Source: Candidatus Latescibacterota bacterium (GTDB lineage: Bacteria; Latescibacterota; UBA2968; UBA8231). Taken from it: a stretch of 64,000 nt of DNA. The translations under genes were made by a program, and so were the position numbers. The stretch is taken from contig OY730476.1 of assembly GCA_963422735.1 (NCBI GenBank), positions 544,001 to 608,000 on the forward strand, in the 5' to 3' direction. Positions 22,312 to 30,189 of this stretch are shown in pieces; within the stretch, counting starts at the first letter, position 1; each line of letters starts with the position of its first letter. The notes beneath the pieces were generated by a model. That model was given only the letters and a program-made list of their open reading frames with translations. It did no database searches and had not been told where the DNA came from.

Positions 22312-22926
22312 ATGGACAAAGTTTTTATTTATTGGGACGACTCCAACATTTTCATCAGTGCTCAGCAAGTAGCTATTGACCTAGAAGGCGAAGCTGTGCG
22401 CTCGCGAATGCGCATTCACTTTCGGAATTTGTTGGAATTAGCCCGTGCTGGGCGAGAAATCGAGCACGCAGTCGCCGTTGGCTCCATTCCACCAGAATTG
22501 CGACACGTGTGGAATCGCTTGGAGAACGAAGGCGTCACGGTCCATTTACTGGAACGCGGTGCCATGCAGGGGCGGGAACAGGGAGTGGACCAAGTTTTGC
22601 AAACCGCGATGTTGCGCGACGGATTCGATTACAACGGAAATCCAGGTATTGCGGTTTTGCTCACCGGGGACGGGGCTGGCTTTGACGATGGCGTCGGCTT
22701 CCACGCGGACTTGGAGCGCATGCGAGGCCGCGGCTGGCGGATTGAAGTGGTGTCGTGGCGGCATAGCTGCAATCGCCGGATGCGGGAATGGGCCGAGGAG
22801 AACGGCCAATTTATCGCGTTGGATGATTTCTACGACAGCGTAACTTTTCTCGAACGGCCTGCTCCAAGCGAACCCATCGCGGCCCCGCGCTACGCTGTTC
22901 CGGTTGACCTTAACCGACGTCTATGA
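22312..22926 (+). CDS. NYN-domain (PIN-like) ribonuclease
   Basis: IYWDDSNIF, EQGVD, LLTGDG...F acidic active-site motifs; AGGAGG RBS before ATG 22312. Confidence 0.88.
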   Translation: MDKVFIYWDDSNIFISAQQVAIDLEGEAVRSRMRIHFRNLLELARAGREIEHAVAVGSIPPELRHVWNRLENEGVTVHLLERGAMQGREQGVDQVLQTAMLRDGFDYNGNPGIAVLLTGDGAGFDDGVGFHADLERMRGRGWRIEVVSWRHSCNRRMREWAEENGQFIALDDFYDSVTFLERPAPSEPIAAPRYAVPVDLNRRL

Positions 22927-23726
22927 TACCCCGTGGATTCAAGTACAGCCAGAGCAGCCTGACGGCCTTTGAGCGCTGTCGGCGGCAGTTTCTGTTGCGC
23001 CATGTCGAGCGGTTGGCGTGGCCCGCGCCGCTGACCGACCAACTCGACGAGTGGGAGGCCGCAGCCGATCGAGGGCGGGCGTTCCACCAGTTCGCGTTGC
23101 AAGAGAGCTTGGGTATGGATGTGGAAGACGCGGTGCAGCGGAGCCGCGACCCGCTGTTGGCCGCTTGGTGGTGCAATTGGCGCGAGCAGCCGCCGGTTGT
23201 GCCCACGGGGGCGGTGTTCGGGGAAACCATGCTCTCCGTGCCCCTAGCCGGGCGGCGTCTCGTCGCCAAGTTCGACCGCGTGGTACTGGCCGACGAGGGC
23301 CGCGCTTGGATATTCGACTGGAAGACCGGCCGCAAAAAGCCAGAGCAAGCCGCCTATGCCCAAAGCTGGCAAACGCTAGTTTATCGCTTCGTCTTGGTCG
23401 AGGCCGGCGCGGTCTTGAACGAGGGCCGCGCACTCGCGCCCGACGATGTGGTGCTAGTCTATTGGCACGCGCAGTACCCGCAGGCCCTGCAGCCGATTGC
23501 CTATTCGGCCGCCGAGCACGAGCGGGCGGGTGCGCTTTTGTCAGAGGCGATCGCCGCTATTGAGTCCCTCCCAGATGCGGATGCGTACGCCAAGACCGAC
23601 GACGAGGGCGAGTGCCAGCGCTGCGAATTTCACACTTATTGCAACCGGCCGGCGACGCGGAGCGACGATTGGGATATCGACGAGGACGAGCTGGACTGGG
23701 AGCAGATCCCCGAAGCGGAGCTGTGA
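22923..23726 (+). CDS. Stand-alone PD-(D/E)XK nuclease (RecB/AddB/Cas4-like) with four-Cys Fe-S signature
   Basis: YSQSSLTAFERC, G..FH, E...KFD...IFDWKT, Q...Y, C-terminal CQRCEFHTYC. Confidence 0.9.
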   Translation: MIPRGFKYSQSSLTAFERCRRQFLLRHVERLAWPAPLTDQLDEWEAAADRGRAFHQFALQESLGMDVEDAVQRSRDPLLAAWWCNWREQPPVVPTGAVFGETMLSVPLAGRRLVAKFDRVVLADEGRAWIFDWKTGRKKPEQAAYAQSWQTLVYRFVLVEAGAVLNEGRALAPDDVVLVYWHAQYPQALQPIAYSAAEHERAGALLSEAIAAIESLPDADAYAKTDDEGECQRCEFHTYCNRPATRSDDWDIDEDELDWEQIPEAEL

Positions 23727-23731
23727 GTCGG

Positions 23732-25213
23732 TCAGCCTTTGAGTGCGCCGAGCTGGATGCCGCGCACGAAGAATCGCTGGCCGAAGACAAAGAGCACGAT
23801 CATCGGCAGCATCATCAGGACGCTCCCCGTCATCAAAAGCGAGTAGTTGGTCCCCTGTGAGGAATCGAAGTAGCGCAGGGCCACTGGTAGGACCCGCATA
23901 TGTTCGGAGTGGGTGACGATCAGCGGCCAAGTGAAGGATTGCCAAGTGCCCATAAAGGAGAAGATCGAGAGGGTGATCAACGCGGGCTTGGACAGGGGCA
24001 TGACGATACTCCAGAAGGTCTTCGAGAGGTTGGCACCGTCGATTTCAGCGGCCTCTTCGAGGCCCTTGGGCAGCCCGGTCATAAACTGGCGCATCATAAA
24101 GGTGCCAAAAGCGGTGAACATGGCCGGGATGATGAGTGCTTGGAACGAGTCGAGCCAGCCGAGACTTTTGAGGAGCACGTAGTTGGGCAGCAAAGTGACG
24201 ATCCCGGGTACCATCAAGGTGGCCAAGTAGAGCAGGAAGACGGCGTCGCGGTAGCGCCATTCGAGGCGGGCAAAGGCAAAGCCAGCCATGGCCGAGGTCA
24301 CTACTTGGCCGACCATCACGCAGACGGCGACAAAGAGGCTGTTCCAGCCGTAGAGCGAGAACTTGATGTCTTTGTCGCGCAAGACCCGGATGTAGTTGGA
24401 CCACATGAAGCGCGGCTCGCTGATCTGCAATACGTCGCTGCCGTACGCAATGCGCAGTTGGTCCTCACCGGGGAAGCGGACGTAGAGGACGTCGCCCCCG
24501 GCTTTTTCCGTCAGCGGGTCGTCGTCGCTTCGGAGCAGGGGAAAGGCCGAGCGAAAGGGAATGGTGTTGCCCTCGGCGTCGAGAATCGGCTCTTTGGCGT
24601 GGATATCCAAAACCGGGTCCCCGACGCGATCCCAAGAAATGTCGCGGTAGGTATAAGCCTCGCCGTTGGTGCGCAACAGTGGGGTGTTGTCGGCAAGCTC
24701 GACCGAGGCTGGTGGTAGCTGCTCGGCCGTGCGCCAGCTCGCGCGCTGCTGCACGAGCCGCTGCTGCCACCTGTCGCGCAGGGCTTGGGTCAAAAGCAGG
24801 GGGGCACCATCGACGAGGACCGGGTTCCAGCGGTTTTTGTACACGGCGATGTCGTCGCGCTCTTCGACGTTTTTGCCGGGGATGGGCTGGCTGTCCGGGT
24901 CGTAGATCAGGCGGCCCTGCTGGTCGCGGATCGGGTCGCCGGGGGCACCGAGTATCACCGGGTTGCCGAGGGTGATGCGGATTGGCTCGCCTTGGGCGTC
25001 GAGCAGCGGTTGGCCGTCGCGGGTCCTCAATAGGTCGCCTTCGTTGCCGAGGCGCACCTCCTGGGGCCATACATGGCTCTGGAAGACCTCATTTTCGCTC
25101 TTGAGCGAGGTGAGCACCATCCACAAGAACGGCACGAGCGTGGTGAAGCCAAAGAGGATGAGCAGCCCGTGGCTCAGCGAGTGGATAGCGGTCGTGTGCG
25201 CGACTTTGGCCAT
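23732..25213 (-). CDS. Carbohydrate ABC transporter permease (MalG-like) with a large extracytoplasmic insertion
   Basis: PFLWMVLTSLK, NSLFVA, LEEAAEIDGA (EAA loop), P.SKP, QRFFV.GI..G.LKG. Confidence 0.93.
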   Translation of the reverse strand: MAKVAHTTAIHSLSHGLLILFGFTTLVPFLWMVLTSLKSENEVFQSHVWPQEVRLGNEGDLLRTRDGQPLLDAQGEPIRITLGNPVILGAPGDPIRDQQGRLIYDPDSQPIPGKNVEERDDIAVYKNRWNPVLVDGAPLLLTQALRDRWQQRLVQQRASWRTAEQLPPASVELADNTPLLRTNGEAYTYRDISWDRVGDPVLDIHAKEPILDAEGNTIPFRSAFPLLRSDDDPLTEKAGGDVLYVRFPGEDQLRIAYGSDVLQISEPRFMWSNYIRVLRDKDIKFSLYGWNSLFVAVCVMVGQVVTSAMAGFAFARLEWRYRDAVFLLYLATLMVPGIVTLLPNYVLLKSLGWLDSFQALIIPAMFTAFGTFMMRQFMTGLPKGLEEAAEIDGANLSKTFWSIVMPLSKPALITLSIFSFMGTWQSFTWPLIVTHSEHMRVLPVALRYFDSSQGTNYSLLMTGSVLMMLPMIVLFVFGQRFFVRGIQLGALKG

Positions 25214-25225
25214 GCGCCTTTCCCC

Positions 25226-26383
25226 TCAGTTGACCGCGCCCCGACCGAAGCGCCAGTTGAGCAGCGTGATAGTAAATATGATGACGAACATAAACCAAGC
25301 CACGGCAGCCGCGTACCCGAATTCTAGGTTTTCAAAGGCCGAGCGGTAGATGTAGTAGCCGAGCGTGACCGTGTTGTCCCCGTCCTTGCCCGGGCCGCCA
25401 TTGGTCATCAAATAGGCGATCTCAAACCCCCCTTGCAGCCCGCCGATTATAGACATGACGCATATAAAGAAGGTCGTCGGGGCGATCATCGGCCAAGTGA
25501 TATGCCAAAATTGCTGCCACTTAGAGGCCCCGTCGATGTCCGAGGCTTCGTACAGCTCCTCGGGCACATTGGCCAAGGCCGCGAGGTAGAGGATCATGTT
25601 GCCCCCGCCCATAGAAGCCCAGATACCCATGAAGATGATGGCTGTCTTGGCCCAATAGGCGGCTTGCTCTAGGCCGAGCCAAGACAGCCAGCCCAAATCG
25701 ACGCTGCTGGAAAGCCAATTGGGCAAGTCGTCGATGCTGTCGAGGCCGGACAGGAGGGCCATGCGCCCTGACAGCCAAGCCGAGGGGCCGCCGTACTCGT
25801 ATAGGCCGCTAGCGATCCAGTAGAGCGCGGCGGCAGAGAGGAGCGCTAACAGGACTTGGGCCGACCGCTCGGACGCGGCCTTGCGCGCGAGGGATTGCAG
25901 TACTAGGCCTACTAGCATGAGAATCGCGACGCGCACGGCAAGCGAGAAGTGGGGCCACGAGAGCAGGGGCAGCAGGATTGAGTTGACGAGGCCGTATTTG
26001 GGGTTGTAGAGCCACTTCCAGAGCAAGAACAGCGCGACTCCGTTGGTGACGGTGGGGAGGTAGAAGACCGTGCGATAGACGATGATGCCGCGCAGCTTTT
26101 GCGAGAGGACGATGGCCAACAGGAGCGAGCCACCGATGGAAAGGGGCAGACCCAGCATGAGAAAGACCGTGTTGTACAGATAAAACCAGAGCTTGGGGTC
26201 AGTCAGCAGCCGAATGAAGTTGTCGAAGCCAATGAAGCGGGGCGAGGAGAACGTGTCCCACTGAAAAAACGCGAGGCCAAAGGAAAAGAGCACCGGCAGG
26301 GATGTGAAGATCAAGAATCCGGTCAGATTCGGCGCGAGAAAAATCAGCGCCCAGCGCAGAATTCTCTTCTCGCGGGGATTCAA
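25226..26383 (-). CDS. Carbohydrate ABC transporter permease (MalF-like)
   Basis: FIGFDNF, YRTVFYLP, LYEASDIDGAS.WQQFWHITWP, FGYAAA. Confidence 0.93.
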   Translation of the reverse strand: MNPREKRILRWALIFLAPNLTGFLIFTSLPVLFSFGLAFFQWDTFSSPRFIGFDNFIRLLTDPKLWFYLYNTVFLMLGLPLSIGGSLLLAIVLSQKLRGIIVYRTVFYLPTVTNGVALFLLWKWLYNPKYGLVNSILLPLLSWPHFSLAVRVAILMLVGLVLQSLARKAASERSAQVLLALLSAAALYWIASGLYEYGGPSAWLSGRMALLSGLDSIDDLPNWLSSSVDLGWLSWLGLEQAAYWAKTAIIFMGIWASMGGGNMILYLAALANVPEELYEASDIDGASKWQQFWHITWPMIAPTTFFICVMSIIGGLQGGFEIAYLMTNGGPGKDGDNTVTLGYYIYRSAFENLEFGYAAAVAWFMFVIIFTITLLNWRFGRGAVN

Positions 26384-28089
26384 GCGTCCATCTCCTCGCG
26401 TTGCCGCCGAACGTAGAACGTCAAGCCGACGCCGATCGCCAACAGAAGAGCCGCGATCCCGAAGAGGTCGAGCGCGTGGCTGCGGCTGGAGAGCGTGCGG
26501 TTGCGCTTGGCTTGGGCCAAGGATTCGCGCATGCGGTCGGACATTTCGGCAACCGCCGCATGGCCGACCGTGGGGTTGCCCACCGCATTCTGGTCGGGCA
26601 TGCGGCCGAGAAATCGGTAGGTCTGGCGGGCTGTTGAGTCGGCGGGCTGGTACGCCGCGTTGATGAGGTTGGTGCTCAGTGCGCCCTGCAAGCGGGTGAT
26701 GTTAAAGGCGGCCCCGTAGGCCGCGGCCTGCTCTGCGACCGTGTACTCCATGGCGTCGAGCAAGGCCGAGCGATGTTGGTCCTCCTCGGGGAACTCGGGG
26801 TCGGGCTGAGAGAAATAGCGCACCGAGAACTGCTTGCGACTGCCGAAGGCATCTGCGTCCTTGGTCAACAAGTTATTGAAATCCGGACTAGACAAGTATT
26901 CCAGAAAGTAAAAGGCCTCCCGCTCGTGCTGGGTGCCCTTGCGGATGGCCGTCACCCGCCCGCCCATCTCGGCGGCTTTACCTCGGTGGCGGCCAGTCTC
27001 GCTGATCTCGCCCCAAAGGCCGTCGCGCAGGCTCGGGTTGGCGCGTATCTCAGGGTCGCTCATCCAGCGCTCCCACTCCTCGTAGGGCACGTAGCGGGGC
27101 ATGGGGTAAATCTCGGTGGTAAAGCGGGCTTCGCGGCGCACCTTGATCAGCCCCCAGCGGCCGATGAGGATGGTGCCCAGTTTGCCCGCCGCGTACAGCC
27201 CCAGTATAGATTGACCTCCCCAACCGCCTCCACCTGTTTGCGCGGACTGGTCTTCGGCCGAGGGCATAACGTGGAAGGTGTTGACGAGATCGTACTGATA
27301 TTGAGCGGCCGCGGCACCGGCTGGGGAATCGAGGGTGATCTCAGTGCCGTCGTCGTTGAGAAGGCTGCCTCCGGCTTGGTAGATGAAGTTGTTCAACCCC
27401 CCGCCAAAGCCCGGTCCGCCCGAGCCAAAGGTCTCGTAGCGCCGGCCATCGGCGCTCTTTTTGGTGAGGGCCTGACACAAGAGGACATAGTCCCACCAAG
27501 TCCAGTGGTTCCACGGCAAAGAGGGCATGGCTAATTTCTGTGCTTGACGCTCGCGTGCGACCGCGTCGTAGAGCGAGCGGTTGAGAAAGGTGACGCTGGC
27601 GGTGATGTTGTTGGGGACAGCGTAGATGCGAAAGCGCTCGTATTCGTCGGCCTCGGCTGGCGTACCGGGCACAGGCACGGCGAGGGCGTTGCGCCGGTGC
27701 AGCCAGAAGTCATCGAGGCTCAGCTTGGCCTCGCGCATGTAGTCGTTCAACTCGACCATGACGCCCTTGGAAGCGTAGAGCGCAAAGGTCGCATAGCTGT
27801 AGATGTCGAAGACATCCGGCCCGGAGCCGGCCGCCGCTTGGGTAAGAATCTTTTGCACATCCGCACTCGGGTCGAGGATGACGCGCACTTTCTTGTCTTC
27901 GTAGAGCCGGTTGAAGAGGGCCATTTGTTCGGTGCGCGCCGGATTGGGGTCGGAGGCCCAGCGAATGACGGTGTACTCGCCGCCCGCGGACGGGTTGTCT
28001 GGATAGACGGATAAGACCCAGCGGTTGAGGGCGTACCAACCGGCCAAGATTAGGGCGAGGACGGCGATGGTCGTAGATAGATCGCGCAA
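26380..28089 (-). CDS. Extracellular sugar-binding protein of the ABC transporter, with N- and C-terminal hydrophobic helices
   Basis: AAGSGPDVF, IYAVP, F.NRSLYD, WTW.D, AFYFLEYL cluster-D SBP features; TTG start. Confidence 0.85.
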   Translation of the reverse strand: MRDLSTTIAVLALILAGWYALNRWVLSVYPDNPSAGGEYTVIRWASDPNPARTEQMALFNRLYEDKKVRVILDPSADVQKILTQAAAGSGPDVFDIYSYATFALYASKGVMVELNDYMREAKLSLDDFWLHRRNALAVPVPGTPAEADEYERFRIYAVPNNITASVTFLNRSLYDAVARERQAQKLAMPSLPWNHWTWWDYVLLCQALTKKSADGRRYETFGSGGPGFGGGLNNFIYQAGGSLLNDDGTEITLDSPAGAAAAQYQYDLVNTFHVMPSAEDQSAQTGGGGWGGQSILGLYAAGKLGTILIGRWGLIKVRREARFTTEIYPMPRYVPYEEWERWMSDPEIRANPSLRDGLWGEISETGRHRGKAAEMGGRVTAIRKGTQHEREAFYFLEYLSSPDFNNLLTKDADAFGSRKQFSVRYFSQPDPEFPEEDQHRSALLDAMEYTVAEQAAAYGAAFNITRLQGALSTNLINAAYQPADSTARQTYRFLGRMPDQNAVGNPTVGHAAVAEMSDRMRESLAQAKRNRTLSSRSHALDLFGIAALLLAIGVGLTFYVRRQREEMDA

Positions 28090-28125
28090 GGAAAACCCGT
28101 GTGAGGATGCGAGGCGTAAAGGCCA

Positions 28126-28153
28126 AGTGTAAAAAAAAATGCGGGATTGTCAA
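28126..28153 (-). promoter_or_regulatory. Sigma-70 promoter for the ABC operon
   Basis: Minus strand TTGACA-N16-TACACT. Confidence 0.65.
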
Positions 28154-28189
28154 TGCAGGTGGGGTGGGAGCGAAAGCAATAACTATTTA

Positions 28190-28357
28190 TAAAAATAATT
28201 ATCGGTAATAAGTAAAATGCCTTGACAGCCATGCGGATGCCCCATAAATTGAACCCTTCATTTCTGCAAATAATCTTTGCCAAAAGAGGCTTTGCACCAT
28301 TTACTCTGAGGTACTCGGCTCACCTGAAACTCCATAGATTACCGATAATTATTTTTA
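28190..28357. repeat. Perfect 20-bp inverted repeat (28190-28209 and 28338-28357) flanking a promoter
   Basis: TAAAAATAATTATCGGTAAT and its exact reverse complement ATTACCGATAATTATTTTTA, 128 bp apart. Confidence 0.92.
28222..28250 (+). promoter_or_regulatory. Sigma-70 promoter for the envelope operon
   Basis: TTGACA-N17-TAAATT with an AT-rich upstream tract. Confidence 0.72.
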
Positions 28358-28419
28358 CCGCCGAGTTTCAGTGGCCATTTATCTAATCCGTTCCATCTCA
28401 CCCATTGGAGGTTTTCCTA

Positions 28420-29319
28420 ATGAAGAGACTGACTCTTCTCGCCTTGGTCGCGGTGATGGCTGCTTCGGCGGCTTTTGCGCACCAAGCTAACTATTTCATG
28501 CCGCAGATTCCCAATCCCGACAACATGGTCATCGACGGCAACGACGACGACTGGGGCTGGATTGATCCGGCTTTTGCTATCAACCCGGACACCATGTACG
28601 AGATCCTCGGCAGCGAGTGGCCCCCGGCCAAAGACGATTGGGACTGCATTCTCTACGTGGCTTGGAGCTCGGCACCCGACAATTCGCTTTACTACTTTTC
28701 TCGGGTTACCGATGACTCGCTGGGCCTCTTTGTCGAGAACCCTCAGGAGTATTGGAAGGACGACTCGCTGGAAATCATCGTCGATGCCGATCACTCAAGT
28801 GAGAACTTCAACGAGACCGAACAAATCTCCGGCCAGCAGTACGGCATTCGCATCCTGCCCGCCGCTGGTCAGAAGGACACTTGGATCTTCAACGTGGCGC
28901 AGGAGAGCATCCTGTGGTCCACCGAGCGTCCTTGGTTCGTTTATGAGTGGACCCTCGATCCGCCGGACGCCCGTCCGATGGAGCAGCCCGCTGGTAGCTC
29001 GGTGACCTACACCTACGAGGTCAAGCAGGCCTTGTGGACCTCCCATGACAAGACGGGCCCCGAGGGCAGCGCTCGCCACAATTTTGCCCCCGACCAGATC
29101 ATCGGTCTGACCTTTCAGTTTGACGAGACCGAAAATCCCGAGGTGGGCCGAGAGAAGCAGCCGGGCACGACGCCGGTCAACGGCGCATTCCAGGACAACT
29201 CGAACGGCTCGGACTTCATCGCGGTGGAGACCGAAGGCGCTACGGGTGGCACGGGCGGCGACGATACGGCTGTCGAGGCCGATAGCTGGGGTCGGATCAA
29301 AGGCTATATGGTCCAATAA
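28420..29319 (+). CDS. Secreted CBM9/DOMON-like protein with C-terminal 'TAVEADSWGRIK' motif
   Basis: Signal peptide (AFA); IDG...DW, LY..W...LY...V.DD, W.DDSLEI.VDAD, YE..., IG.TF..DE; GGAGG RBS. Confidence 0.72.
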   Translation: MKRLTLLALVAVMAASAAFAHQANYFMPQIPNPDNMVIDGNDDDWGWIDPAFAINPDTMYEILGSEWPPAKDDWDCILYVAWSSAPDNSLYYFSRVTDDSLGLFVENPQEYWKDDSLEIIVDADHSSENFNETEQISGQQYGIRILPAAGQKDTWIFNVAQESILWSTERPWFVYEWTLDPPDARPMEQPAGSSVTYTYEVKQALWTSHDKTGPEGSARHNFAPDQIIGLTFQFDETENPEVGREKQPGTTPVNGAFQDNSNGSDFIAVETEGATGGTGGDDTAVEADSWGRIKGYMVQ

Positions 29320-29366
29320 AGTGCATTCCTGGCGTTTTCGCTAGCGTAGCGCACATTGGGCGCAGG

Positions 29367-29408
29367 TAGATAAAGAGAGGTGGAGGCGACTTCATCTCTC
29401 TTTATCTA
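29367..29408 (+). terminator. 19-bp intercistronic stem-loop with GCGA tetraloop (leaky terminator or mRNA stabiliser)
   Basis: TAGATAAAGAGAGGTGGAG-GCGA-CTTCATCTCTCTTTATCTA; both mismatches are G-U pairs on the + transcript; no poly-U tail. Confidence 0.75.
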
Positions 29409-29442
29409 TCGCCTCTGCATCGTTTTCAGGAAGGCATTCTCA

Positions 29443-30189
29443 ATGAGGATACGGAACATCGCAACAAGCGGGCTTTTGTCGGCTCTTTATCTGTTTGCGC
29501 TTGCCGGGTGCATCTCGCAGGTGGGGCTGCGGCGCTTTGCAACGTTTCCCGAACCGGTTCCGCAGCAAAACGAGGCCATGACTGTCCTCGACGACGGCGC
29601 GATCGTCTATGCCAAGGATCGCTTGGAGATCTCGCTACAGGTGTTGGATGACGGGTTCCTCAATCGCCAGTTCGCGGCGGATTCAAGGAAGGGTGCTGAA
29701 TCGACCAATCCATACACGTATGGCGATTGGAAGCCTTGGGGCCAAGACTGGACCCCGGAGCGCTTTACCGTGGTCTTGCTAAAGGTCAAAAACTACGAGT
29801 ATCCCAAGGTTTTCATCGACCCCACGGCGCTCGCGATCACTACGTCGAATAACCGAGTATATAACGCGCTCGACGGCGGGCAGCTCGAAGATTACTTCAG
29901 CCCGTATCTGCGGTCTTATGCTGGCAACCAGCGGCGGCAGTTCGAGGCTACCACCGACCTACTCAAAAGCACCGTCTATCCGCCCGACATGGTCTTTTCC
30001 GGCCAAGAGTCAACTGGGTACATCGTCTTTCCGGTTTTGCATAGAGACGTGAGTAACTTCACCGTCAATGTGCCGGACATAGCCGTGCGCTTCGACTACA
30101 AGGGCGAACCAGTGGAGACCATCGACCTACCATTCCAGTTTCAACGCGAAGTTTACTACGCGCTTCATCCCCGTGCGGAGACGCCGTAA
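29443..30189 (+). CDS. Hypothetical lipoprotein (Ig-like, DUF4352-like fold possible)
   Basis: Lipobox LAGC; V.N...P..F.I.T...Y and G...TGYIVFP pattern; stop overlaps the next start. Confidence 0.75.
   Translation: MRIRNIATSGLLSALYLFALAGCISQVGLRRFATFPEPVPQQNEAMTVLDDGAIVYAKDRLEISLQVLDDGFLNRQFAADSRKGAESTNPYTYGDWKPWGQDWTPERFTVVLLKVKNYEYPKVFIDPTALAITTSNNRVYNALDGGQLEDYFSPYLRSYAGNQRRQFEATTDLLKSTVYPPDMVFSGQESTGYIVFPVLHRDVSNFTVNVPDIAVRFDYKGEPVETIDLPFQFQREVYYALHPRAETP

Noticed and set aside
22923-23726. Cas4 / CRISPR-Cas association
   Set aside because: No cas1/cas2 or repeat-spacer array in the window; the helicase context fits an AddB/RecB-like nuclease better.
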